Position numbers and translations under genes: made by a program | Shown here: piece by piece, positions 15,763 through 23,760 of the stretch | Layout of the letters: the number at the start of each line of letters is the position of its first letter | Numbering within the stretch: position 1 is the stretch's first letter | From: Aeropyrum pernix K1 | Lineage (GTDB): Archaea; Thermoproteota; Thermoprotei_A; Sulfolobales; Acidilobaceae | Assembly: GCF_000011125.1 (NCBI RefSeq) | Contig: NC_000854.2 | Span: 240,001-272,000, forward strand | Length of the DNA stretch: 32,000 nt | Reading direction: 5' to 3' | Notes under the pieces: model-generated | What the model saw: the letters and a program-made list of their open reading frames with translations, nothing else | Told to the model about the DNA's origin: nothing | Databases searched by the model: none

Positions 15763-16514
15763 GCACCCTCCGGTAGCGATATTACGGGCCTGTCGAGGCC
15801 TATAACGAAGACGTAGTCCAGGGAAGTCTGGAAGAGGTTGCCGCTGGCATCCTCGAGTGTGACCAACGTCCTCTTCCTACCCCAGCCCTTCTGCACGCTC
15901 TTCACAACGCCCACGCGTCCGACGTTCCGGCCCCCGACAATAATCGCTATGGCTCCCTCCCCGAATTTTATGTGGCCCTTTATCTCCTGGCCGGGGACCG
16001 TTATTAGGAGAGTGTCCATTGTCCTATACACATCCTCCACGGGATTCCTCGGGTCCTTAACCCTAACTAGAATGTTCCTGCCGTCGTGTAGGTTAAGCTG
16101 CACATGCCCTCCCTTCACTGTTGTCTTGTTCTCAATCCTAACGGGCTTCAGATCTCCCTCCTCCTCCGGTATAGGGTGCAGCTTGAAGAACTTGACGGGG
16201 TACGGTAGCATCCTGAACTTTTCGCCGGTGTCCACAACCTCTATAACGTCCATGAAGCCGACGGGGAACTTGTAATCCTTCCTTACAACACCGTCGACCC
16301 TGAAGTGGCCCTCGGAGATAAGCTTCCTAGCCTCCCTCGCGGTCTGGGCATAGCCGAGGACGTTCCTCACTATTAACAGCAGGGGGAGGCTCTTCTCTGC
16401 TGGATGAGGGCCGGGCCTCGGCTTGACAGCCCACTTGTACTCCTTACGGAGTATAGGCCAGAACCGGGGTGCTGCAAGGGCTTTAAGCCTCCGCTGCCCT
16501 CCCATCCTAGCCAT
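15753..16514 (-). CDS. rps4e: 30S ribosomal protein S4e (eS4)
   Basis: MARMGGQRRLKALAAPRFWPI matches the usual eS4 N-terminus, so I prefer ATG 16514 to GTG 16526. Confidence 0.93.
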   Translation of the reverse strand: MARMGGQRRLKALAAPRFWPILRKEYKWAVKPRPGPHPAEKSLPLLLIVRNVLGYAQTAREARKLISEGHFRVDGVVRKDYKFPVGFMDVIEVVDTGEKFRMLPYPVKFFKLHPIPEEEGDLKPVRIENKTTVKGGHVQLNLHDGRNILVRVKDPRNPVEDVYRTMDTLLITVPGQEIKGHIKFGEGAIAIIVGGRNVGRVGVVKSVQKGWGRKRTLVTLEDASGNLFQTSLDYVFVIGLDRPVISLPEGAWK

Positions 16515-16557
16515 TCCTCGTAACACCCCAGCACTCTACAGCTCTGCATCCAGGCTA

Positions 16558-16956
16558 TTATTCTGAGTTGCCGCCACCTCTCCTGCCTGCTGCCCTCCTC
16601 TCGATCATCTTCTTTCTATACTCGTCGCTGAGGTCGAGCTCCACGATCATAACGTTGGACGGGTGTATCGGCCTGAAGACCGGCGTACCGTCAGCCTTCG
16701 TCACAGTAACACCGTCTATATAGATCCTGAGCCTCCTCAGATCGACCTTTACAACCTTGCCCTCATGACCCTTGAAGTCGCCCCTCATAACCCTAACCTT
16801 GTCTCCCTTCCTAACCGGAAGGCTCCTGACACCGTACTTCTCCCTCAGCTCGGGGCTTAGTGTAGCCGAGACCAGCTTCTGCCTCGCATGGAGAGGCGCC
16901 CTGTAGAGCGCCCTCCTCTGCTTCCTAGGCTGCCTACTCCTCGTCAGCACCGGCAT
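16558..16956 (-). CDS. rpl24: 50S ribosomal protein L24 (uL24)
   Basis: KOW motif [26 protein letters not shown]; ATG start. Confidence 0.95.
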   Translation of the reverse strand: MPVLTRSRQPRKQRRALYRAPLHARQKLVSATLSPELREKYGVRSLPVRKGDKVRVMRGDFKGHEGKVVKVDLRRLRIYIDGVTVTKADGTPVFRPIHPSNVMIVELDLSDEYRKKMIERRAAGRRGGGNSE

Positions 16957-16975
16957 CCCGCAACACCCCCCGGGG

Positions 16976-17398
16976 TCATACTATCATGGTAGCTATTTTA
17001 GCCACCCTCGGCCACCTCTCGGCGGCCTCCCTAGCAATAGGACCCCTGACCTCGCTACCCCTCGGCGTGCCGTCGGGGTTGACTATAACAACCGCGTTGT
17101 CCTCGAAAGAGACCCAGGTTCCGTCGGGCCTTCTGAAAGGCCTCCTCTGCCTAACCACAACAGCGTAAACCACCTGCCTCCTCATCTGGGGAGTCCCCTT
17201 CTTCACACTAACAACAACAAGGTCTCCGACACCGGCCGAAGGCAGCCTCCTTAGCCTCGTCTTAACCTGGGGAACGCTTATTATCATAACCTCCTTGGCG
17301 CCACTGTTATCAGCAACAGGTACATAGCTCCCCACCTGCAGCCCGGTGTTGACTCCATAGCGTGACACCACGACACCATACTTCTTCTTCTTAGCCAC
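16976..17398 (-). CDS. rpl14: 50S ribosomal protein L14 (uL14)
   Basis: [15 protein letters not shown]...; GTG start (GTG GCT AAG AAG AAG AAG). Confidence 0.95.
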   Translation of the reverse strand: MAKKKKYGVVVSRYGVNTGLQVGSYVPVADNSGAKEVMIISVPQVKTRLRRLPSAGVGDLVVVSVKKGTPQMRRQVVYAVVVRQRRPFRRPDGTWVSFEDNAVVIVNPDGTPRGSEVRGPIAREAAERWPRVAKIATMIV

Positions 17399-17410
17399 GC
17401 CTCACACCCC

Positions 17411-17773
17411 CTACCTTCTCTTAACACCTAGGACCGTGAATTTTACTGTCTTGGATATCGGCATCGTCTCCCCTATCACCACCACATCCCCCTCTTTGAC
17501 GCTTATGCAGTCGGGCAGGTGTGCGTGTATCTTCTTGCTCCTCCTCTCATACCTATTGTACTTCTTGTCGTAGTACAGGTATACGTGCTGCACCACAACC
17601 ATCCTCCTCGCCCTAGCCTTAGCAACAACCCCCTCTAGCAGCACCCCCCTAACCCTCAGCGTGCCGTGCCAAGGGCAGTTAGGGTCGCTGCAAACCTTCT
17701 CTGGAGGCTCGACTCCAGGTATCTTCAGGTTTTTAACCTGCTTGAACTTCGGCACCTCCGGGACACCCTCCAC
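17411..17773 (-). CDS. rps17: 30S ribosomal protein S17 (uS17)
   Basis: CSDPNCPWHGTLRVRG...VVIGETMPISKTVKF. The start is GTG 17773 or GTG 17755; either overlaps the Rpp29 3' end. Confidence 0.93.
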   Translation of the reverse strand: MEGVPEVPKFKQVKNLKIPGVEPPEKVCSDPNCPWHGTLRVRGVLLEGVVAKARARRMVVVQHVYLYYDKKYNRYERRSKKIHAHLPDCISVKEGDVVVIGETMPISKTVKFTVLGVKRR

Positions 17774-18057
17774 CTATACTCCTTAACCCTATCTAGGGGA
17801 TTCCCGATTAACACTCTGCCAGATATCCTAATATACTCACCGCCCGGCGCCTCCACTTCTATCACTGCCAGATCCTTTAGAACCGTCGACACCCTGCCCT
17901 CGAGGGTTAGAATGCGTAGGGAGCGGGCCTCCTCCACCACAACCCAGCCCTCTAGCCCCTCGAGGGAGGGGTCGCTGTGTGCCAGGACTTTGACCCGTAG
18001 GCCGGTGAGGAGAGGTGGGATTAGTTGACGCCTATGACTAGGCCTTCTCCCCTTCAC
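17725..18057 (-). CDS. rnp1: RNase P protein component 1 (Rpp29/Pop4 homologue)
   Basis: LTGLRVKVLAHSDPSLEGLEGWVVVEEARSLRILT (Sm-like barrel motif), in the canonical archaeal position between L29 and S17. GTG is the only available start. Confidence 0.85.
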   Translation of the reverse strand: MKGRRPSHRRQLIPPLLTGLRVKVLAHSDPSLEGLEGWVVVEEARSLRILTLEGRVSTVLKDLAVIEVEAPGGEYIRISGRVLIGNPLDRVKEYRWRVSRRCRSSSRLKT

Positions 18058-18253
18058 GCTTCTCCCTCAAAACGGTTAGTATTCGGGCCACATTCCTCCT
18101 GGCCTCCCTCAGCTCGCCCGGGTTCTCTAGGAGGCCTACCTTAGCCTTGTACCTCAGCCCCATGAGCTTTATCCTCAGCTCCCTGAGCGTCTTCTCCAGC
18201 TCCTCCACGCTCATACCCCTCAAGTCCTTAGACCTCATTTTAAACTTGCCCAT
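18038..18253 (-). CDS. rpl29: 50S ribosomal protein L29 (uL29)
   Basis: MSVEELEKTLRELRIKLMGLR. ATG 18253 is preceded by GGAGGGGGTGATC, a strong Shine-Dalgarno match. GTG 18262 and ATG 18238 are alternatives. Confidence 0.92.
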   Translation of the reverse strand: MGKFKMRSKDLRGMSVEELEKTLRELRIKLMGLRYKAKVGLLENPGELREARRNVARILTVLREKREGEKA

Positions 18254-18272
18254 CCCGATCACCCCCTCCTAT

Positions 18273-19013
18273 CTAAGACTCCTCTCGATCCTCCTCATGC
18301 TCCTCTCCGGGCCTGGCCGCCTCCATATGCTCTCTCAGCGTGCTGGCGGTCTCCTCCTGTAGGCCTAGACTCTCTATCTCTGAGCGTATGGCGTCTACCA
18401 CGTCTTTAACTTCTTCTTCACTCTTTATCCTTACATGGTCCCCGGGCTTGCCCGGCTTTACTATGATTACGTCAACGCCTATAACCCCCTTAGGCAGTCT
18501 AGCGTAGGCTGAAGCCCTGTCGACGAGCTCATCCACTTTGTGGCCGCTCTTGTAGACTTTACCTGCCTTGAACTTCTCGAACCTCGCCCTCTCGCTGGTT
18601 AGCTTCCCGCTTATAGTGATCTCGACGCCGAGGGCCCCGTTAGACATTATCCTGTTGATTGCGGCGAAGGCAACCCTCCTGAAGTGTATACCCCTCTCTA
18701 TAGACCTCGCTATCCTGAAGGCCTGGACCCTGGCATCCAGCATGGGGTTCTCAGGCTGCTCAACCCTGATCCTCGGGTTGGGGAGGCCGAACACCGTCTG
18801 GAAAACCTCCTGGAGCCTCCTTATGGTGGCCCCCCTCCTCCCTATTATCAGAGCCGGCCTCTCCGCCCATATTGTTATGTTAGTGCCGAGGCTGGTCTGA
18901 ACAACCTTGACCCTGCTGTACCCCGCTTCGTAGAAGTTCTGAGCCAGCCACTCGTCTATCTTAGTCCTCAGGAGACCCTGGTTTAGAAAGTGTTTTACAA
19001 CCTTAGTCGGCAC
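18273..19013 (-). CDS. rps3: 30S ribosomal protein S3 (uS3)
   Basis: KH-domain motif IIGRRGATIRRLQEVF and an acidic C-terminal tail; GTG start. Confidence 0.95.
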   Translation of the reverse strand: MPTKVVKHFLNQGLLRTKIDEWLAQNFYEAGYSRVKVVQTSLGTNITIWAERPALIIGRRGATIRRLQEVFQTVFGLPNPRIRVEQPENPMLDARVQAFRIARSIERGIHFRRVAFAAINRIMSNGALGVEITISGKLTSERARFEKFKAGKVYKSGHKVDELVDRASAYARLPKGVIGVDVIIVKPGKPGDHVRIKSEEEVKDVVDAIRSEIESLGLQEETASTLREHMEAARPGEEHEEDREES

Positions 19014-19017
19014 CGCC

Positions 19018-19488
19018 CTACACCTCCCTAACCATGATTTCTATGTGGCTGTGAACCCTGTTCCTAGGGGTTGCACGCCCCCAGGCGCGGGGCATCCACC
19101 TCTTCAGGGTTATGCCCTTATGGGCTGCGACATGTATAATCTTGAGCCTCTCAACGTCAAGATTCTTGTTCGCGGCGTTGGCCTCAACGTTGTCAAGCAG
19201 CTTCAGCATGTACCTGGCAGCCTTCACCGGGTACCTGCCTACAGGCCAGCCCCACTTGTCGGCAAGACCCCTCCTATGGGCCTGCTTACCGTGAGCCCTT
19301 CTAAAGGGGACAGCCTCCCTCTTCTCAATAACCGCCCTGAGGTAGCGCCTAGCCTCGTCCACCCTCATCCCGCTTATGGCTCTCGCCACCTCCGCCATAA
19401 TCTTAGGGTGCACAGGCACGTTTCTCAACACAGCCTTTGCAACCTCAGACTCGTCCCTCAGCTTAACGCTGTAACCCCACCTGGGCAC
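19018..19488 (-). CDS. rpl22: 50S ribosomal protein L22 (uL22)
   Basis: AKAVLRNVPVHPKIMAEVARAISGMRVDEA; GTG start. Confidence 0.95.
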   Translation of the reverse strand: MPRWGYSVKLRDESEVAKAVLRNVPVHPKIMAEVARAISGMRVDEARRYLRAVIEKREAVPFRRAHGKQAHRRGLADKWGWPVGRYPVKAARYMLKLLDNVEANAANKNLDVERLKIIHVAAHKGITLKRWMPRAWGRATPRNRVHSHIEIMVREV

Positions 19489-19514
19489 GGCTCACCACAC
19501 CCCACTCCAGACCG

Positions 19515-19937
19515 TTACTTGCTGGCCACGTGGAGGCTGCTCCTTGTAGCCTTCAGGCCTGGCTCGCCATGCTGCACTATCCTGGTCGTCGGGCTGAACT
19601 CTCCAAGGTAGTGGCCTATCATCTCCGGCACTATCTTGACAGGTATGAACTCCTTGCCATTGTAAACGGCTATAGTCAAACCCACCATCTCGGGCAGAAT
19701 CACCATGTCTCTAACGTGGGTCCTGATAACCGGGGGTCTCTTCAGACGGCCCTCCTCCAGCCTCCTCCTAATCTTCCTAACCTTAAGCAGCAGCTTCTGC
19801 TGGGCGGGCGTCAGCCCCCTAAGCAGGCTGCGCCTCTGCCTGGCAGGGAAGAGGCGGGCTAGCTCCTCAATATCCATCTTCAACAGCTCCTCCAGCGTCC
19901 TCCCCCTGTACCTAAACTTCTTCCACTCCGGCCGCAT
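19515..19937 (-). CDS. rps19: 30S ribosomal protein S19 (uS19)
   Basis: [33 protein letters not shown] prefer ATG 19937 ([12 protein letters not shown]...). The GTG 20006 extension would run through TATA-like promoter sequence. Confidence 0.93.
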   Translation of the reverse strand: MRPEWKKFRYRGRTLEELLKMDIEELARLFPARQRRSLLRGLTPAQQKLLLKVRKIRRRLEEGRLKRPPVIRTHVRDMVILPEMVGLTIAVYNGKEFIPVKIVPEMIGHYLGEFSPTTRIVQHGEPGLKATRSSLHVASK

Positions 19938-19983
19938 CTCAAACGCCAATACACTACCCCCCGAAGGCCTAACTAGACTCCAC

Positions 19984-20030
19984 CCTATTAAACCCCACTC
20001 TACCACCGCAACCTATAATCCTAAAATACC
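19984..20030 (-). promoter_or_regulatory. candidate promoter(s) of the S19-to-S8 (or S19-to-L15) ribosomal operon
   Basis: The minus strand reads GGTATTTTAGGATTATAGG (20011-20030) and GGGTTTAATAGG (19984-19995). The second is about 50 nt upstream of the S19 ATG. Confidence 0.35.
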
Positions 20031-20049
20031 TGGAGGGTTGGGTCCCGGA

Positions 20050-22029
20050 CTAGGGGCGCCTTAGGATGTGCCTGAGGACGCCGAGGGCAGCCTGGCGGGG
20101 GGTCCATGCGGTTACCACTCTCGCCCCCGCCTCCCTAGCGGCCTCCACATCCTCCGGCCTGGCGCTGGGCGGTGTTATGAAAGCTATCCTGTAGCCTGAG
20201 CGGTGTAGACTCCTGACCACCAGCTGTAGGGGCTGGCTGTCGACGGTTTGTTGCAGATCGCTTACCGCCACAATCTTCTTGACACCCGGATGTGCAGCCT
20301 TCTCCAGCGCTGTCGATATGTCTGTGTAGCCCCTGAACTCCACGGAGAGGAGGGACCTAGCAACCTCCCTCCTGCTGAGTGGGCCCTCGAGAATTGTGGA
20401 GGCATGGCTGAATATGACTAGCCTGGATATGTTGGAGAGGAAGAGGCTGGCCACTGCTATGGCCCAGGAGGAATAGTCTATCATGGACGAGCTCACGTCG
20501 AGAGCAAGGCTCAGCCTCCCAGCCCTAAGCCTCTCCCTATAAACTATGGAGGGCCTCCCACTCCTGATGCTCTGGTATATGCTTCTCCTCACATCGACCC
20601 TCGGGCTCCTCCTCTGCGACAAGACGGTCTTCGGGAGAAGCCTCAGACCGTGCCTCACCGAGTACTTGTAGAGCAGCCTCTCCATGCTCCTCACAAGCAC
20701 CTCCCTCTCCTCCACGCTGGCCTTGGAGTAGAGGCTCCTGAGGACCTTGACGGCTGCCGGAAGGCTCAGCCTGGAGAGAATAGAGTAAACCCTCTCCGGG
20801 TCACTCGGCCTGGAGGACTCCAGCTCCAGAATGGCTATCGCAGTCTCAGCCATGCCGAAGACCGCGCCCCTGCTCAACCCACCCATAGAGGCTGCCTCCC
20901 CTATCCTGGAAGCCCTGCTTATCGCCTCCAGCGCCATAGAGTAGCCTAGCTCCCTCCACCCCTCACCCCCTCCCTCCATGTATCTCAACGCACTCCTAAG
21001 GCTGGCGGCGGCCTTCGAAGCCGCGTCCACCAGCTCTCCCTTCCAGCCGTCCAGGCTATGGCTCTTCACAGCCCAGAGCGCTTCGGGAGGAACTTTTGAG
21101 ACGAGGGTCTCAGCCTCGCCGGGGCCAGCTTCCCTCAGCCTTTTGGCCAGTATCTCCCCTCCCCGCTCGTGGCCAGCTATACCTACGGCCCTAGCTATAG
21201 TGTTTGCATCGGCCTCGGGAGCAGATGCGAGGGAGGGGTCGGAGGCTATCATGAGGGATAGGGTCTCCCTGTCGAGAGCTCCAGCCCTCCTCATAATCTT
21301 ATATGCATCACGCACCCGGGATAGGGAGCCGGTTCTAGCCCTCCTGGCGAGCTCCACCCCAACGTCCTTCAGGAGCCTGGCGTTACCCTTCCTCATCGAA
21401 GCCCACCCCAGCTCCACAAGCCCCTTCTCGTCAAGCTCCGCGAGCCTCGGCGCAAGACCGGATTCGGCCTCCATCAGCCGCCTCTCCCTCCCGCCGCGGG
21501 ACGGCTTAGAGAGATATGCCTCCCTGAGGCTCTCAACACCCTGCCTAGCAAGAGTGTATGCCAGGCTCCTCAGGCTCTGGGCGTCCGCAACCCTCTCCCT
21601 CCCCGGCCTGCCTTGTATGGCGCCCACGCTCCTCAGCATCATGTAGGCCGCTATAGCCTCCCTACCCCTCCTAGACACCTTCTTCTTGGAAACCCTCCAC
21701 CCCGGCTTGGCCCCCATAGCCTGGAGACCCGCCATTATCTCGCTCTCAAGCCTCTCCACCCTCTCCCTGAACCTGCTGCTGGACGAGGCTCTCCTAAGCT
21801 CCTCTACGATAGCATGGGAGAGCCTCCTATGCTTCACCACAGCGTCAACGACCATTTCAAGCTCGTCTTCGGCTAGGAAGTCCCTGCCCTCTAGGTCGGC
21901 GTAGCTCCTAGCGAGCCTTATAATGTCAACAAGCTCCGAAGTGCCGAGGCGGTGTCCCTGGCGCCTTAGAGCTTCGGCCGCCGCCGGGAGACCGCTTGCT
22001 ATCTCTTCGAGCCTGAGGCCCCTAGACAT
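20050..22029 (-). CDS. large protein with C-terminal von Willebrand factor A domain (CbbO/NorD/CoxE-like partner of the upstream AAA+ ATPase)
   Basis: The last ~150 aa carry a complete MIDAS set: DVSSS (Asp at nt 20497-20499), GYTDIS and AVSD. The first ~500 aa are Ala/Arg/Leu/Glu-rich and look helical, with no motif I recognise. The ATG overlaps the ATPase stop by 8 nt (ATGTCTAG). Confidence 0.75.
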   Translation of the reverse strand: MSRGLRLEEIASGLPAAAEALRRQGHRLGTSELVDIIRLARSYADLEGRDFLAEDELEMVVDAVVKHRRLSHAIVEELRRASSSSRFRERVERLESEIMAGLQAMGAKPGWRVSKKKVSRRGREAIAAYMMLRSVGAIQGRPGRERVADAQSLRSLAYTLARQGVESLREAYLSKPSRGGRERRLMEAESGLAPRLAELDEKGLVELGWASMRKGNARLLKDVGVELARRARTGSLSRVRDAYKIMRRAGALDRETLSLMIASDPSLASAPEADANTIARAVGIAGHERGGEILAKRLREAGPGEAETLVSKVPPEALWAVKSHSLDGWKGELVDAASKAAASLRSALRYMEGGGEGWRELGYSMALEAISRASRIGEAASMGGLSRGAVFGMAETAIAILELESSRPSDPERVYSILSRLSLPAAVKVLRSLYSKASVEEREVLVRSMERLLYKYSVRHGLRLLPKTVLSQRRSPRVDVRRSIYQSIRSGRPSIVYRERLRAGRLSLALDVSSSMIDYSSWAIAVASLFLSNISRLVIFSHASTILEGPLSRREVARSLLSVEFRGYTDISTALEKAAHPGVKKIVAVSDLQQTVDSQPLQLVVRSLHRSGYRIAFITPPSARPEDVEAAREAGARVVTAWTPRQAALGVLRHILRRP

Positions 22030-22981
22030 TCAGGGCCTCACCCAGGACCTCCCTCACTACATCCTCGTCGTCGACGCGCTTCACGAGAACCGCTTCAGCA
22101 GCCTCGGCGAGGTCCTCTAGGCTAACCCTATCCCTCCCCTTGAGCGCTGCTATACTCTGCGCCATCCTGGCCCAGGCCACGGACTCTGAGGTGCCCGGCT
22201 TGTGGCTTATGTTAGAGGTCCTCAGCCTCGAGACAACCCTCATTATGACCTCCATGACCTCGGCACCCAGCAGGGGCTTCTCCTCCGTCCTCAGCCTAAC
22301 AATCCTCTCCTCAACGTGCCTGGGAGGGTAGTCGAACCTCACCCTCACAACCCGGCGCAGAAAAGCGTCGCTGAGCTCGTTCTGCGCTATGTCCTCGGGG
22401 TTGCTAGTCATTATAAGCTGGAACCCCGTGCCCCTGGCCTTGAAGACTCTCCTAATCTCCGGGACAACAATCCTCCTCTTATCTATTATGTCTAGGAGCA
22501 TGTTCTGGAACTCCTCGCTGCTCCTCCTGATCTCGTCGACGAGGACGCCAGTATCCAGTATGAGGGCGGCGAGGAGGGGCCGGGGGACGAAGCTTTCCTC
22601 GTTGAAGCCGTGCTTCATAGCCATCTGGGGGTGGAAGTCGCCTATCACCTTGTACTCGTCATAGCCTTCGCTGCAGGGGAGTATGAAGGGCTTCCTACCG
22701 GCCCACAGCTCCAGCAGGGCCTCGCCTATCTCAGTCTTCCCGGTGCCAGGGGGGCCCTCGAAGAGGACGGGCCTCCCGTTTAGGAAGGCGGCGTAAACCA
22801 GGGTTACAACCCTCTTGTCAACCACGAGCTTGTACCTGTTCTCGAGCAGCTTTACAGCGGCCTCCGGGCTCCTAACCCTGCCTACACTACTCTCCACAAG
22901 GGAGCCGTAGGCATCCCAGACTCTAGCCTCTATAGTATCCTGAGCCGCTACAGGCCCTGCCATGCCTCCCAGACCTTCCAT
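22022..22981 (-). CDS. MoxR / CbbQ / NorQ-type AAA+ ATPase (AAA_5 class)
   Basis: Walker A LFEGPPGTGKTE (around nt 22733-22766), Walker B GVLVDEIRR, and sensor-1-like LIMTSNPED. The ~320 aa size is typical of the family. ATG start. Confidence 0.85.
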   Translation of the reverse strand: MEGLGGMAGPVAAQDTIEARVWDAYGSLVESSVGRVRSPEAAVKLLENRYKLVVDKRVVTLVYAAFLNGRPVLFEGPPGTGKTEIGEALLELWAGRKPFILPCSEGYDEYKVIGDFHPQMAMKHGFNEESFVPRPLLAALILDTGVLVDEIRRSSEEFQNMLLDIIDKRRIVVPEIRRVFKARGTGFQLIMTSNPEDIAQNELSDAFLRRVVRVRFDYPPRHVEERIVRLRTEEKPLLGAEVMEVIMRVVSRLRTSNISHKPGTSESVAWARMAQSIAALKGRDRVSLEDLAEAAEAVLVKRVDDEDVVREVLGEALNV

Positions 22982-23027
22982 AGGGGTTGGCTAGCCCAGG
23001 AGGGTATACCCAGGTTCCCCCAACGGG

Positions 23028-23035
23028 TATAAATT
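23028..23035 (-). promoter_or_regulatory. TATA-like AATTTATA upstream of the AAA+ ATPase gene
   Basis: Located in the 68-nt spacer between the cas4-like stop (23050) and the ATPase ATG (22981), about 50 nt upstream of the ATG. Confidence 0.35.
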
Positions 23036-23049
23036 GGGTGGGCGGCGGC

Positions 23050-23760
23050 TTAGAACTCTTGCCCTCCGCCCCTCCCCCTGTAGACGCTTTCTAACCCGGC
23101 CACCCAGGAGCCGGGCTCCACGAGGGCCTCTCTGGCCTCCTCCGGGAGGCTCTCGTCGAGGCTGTAGCACTCCTCCCTGTAGGGGCATATAGCGCATTTC
23201 CTCGGGCTCCTGTGGGGGTAGGGTAGGATGCCCTCGGCCGCGAGCCTCATATCCTCCATGGCTCTCATTGCGGTGTACACGAGGTCCTCGCCCACACTAT
23301 ACTCTCCCGAGCCGCCCCGGAGGTAGACTATCTTAACTCGGGCCGCCCTCGCGTTGCTTCTCCTCGAGAGCGCTATAGCGTAGGCCACGGCCTGCAGGAG
23401 ATCTGAGAGCCACACCCCCACCTTGGGGCCCCTGCCGCTCTTCCTCTCAACAACAAGCACCTCCCCGTCATCCATCCTCCAGGAGTCCGGCCTCCCGGCT
23501 ATGAGGTACCCGCCTATGGAGGCTTCAACCGGCTCCTCAGCCCTCGAACCCCGGATTCTGTCTAGGAGGGCGGCGGCAGCGTGGTATACCGTGCCCAGTA
23601 TCATCCTAACCCTCTCTGTAAGCCCCCTCTCGGCGGGCATGTGTGTTTCGAAAAAGTATAGGCGCGGGCAGTAGACAAATGTTCTGAGCCTGCTTGGGGC
23701 TATCCTGAAGCGGCGGCCCGCTTCAGCGCTATCACCACCTTCTCCCCGTCTAGCTCCCAC
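23050..23760 (-). CDS. cas4: Cas4-family PD-(D/E)XK (RecB-like) nuclease with 4-Cys Fe-S cluster motif, not CRISPR-linked here
   Basis: N-terminal Cys in [10 protein letters not shown] and a C-terminal [10 protein letters not shown] cluster. GRPD...VVERKSG is the D...ExK catalytic motif, and QAVAYAIAL is the QxxxY motif. The only start upstream of the first Cys is GTG 23760, which lies 61 nt inside ileS. Confidence 0.75.

Noticed and set aside
15308-15805. 165-aa plus-strand ORF
   Set aside because: It is antisense to the L5 and S4e genes. The hydrophobic, Ser-rich product looks like a mirror-frame artefact.
19045-19611. 188-aa plus-strand ORF
   Set aside because: It is entirely antisense to the conserved L22 and S19 genes. 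Its Pro/Arg/Leu/Gly/His-rich composition is typical of shadow ORFs in GC-rich DNA.
19938-20006. GTG 20006 extension of S19, and similar long starts for S4e (16526), L30 (11594) and L29 (18262)
   Set aside because: The extensions add non-conserved residues ahead of canonical family N-termini. For S19 the extension runs through TATA-like sequence, and L29 has a strong SD before ATG 18253.
20978-21646. 222-aa plus-strand ORF
   Set aside because: It is antisense to the VWA-protein gene. The product is Ser/Ala/Leu/Pro-rich and low in complexity, with no motifs, so I treat it as a shadow frame.
22991-23197. 68-aa minus-strand ORF
   Set aside because: It lies in an alternative frame over the Cas4-like C-terminus, which contains the conserved Cys cluster. 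The product is Gly/Arg/Pro-rich.
22982-23760. A CRISPR-Cas locus implied by the cas4-like gene
   Set aside because: No repeat-spacer array, cas1, cas2 or effector genes occur anywhere in the 32 kb. I treat it as a solo Cas4-family nuclease.
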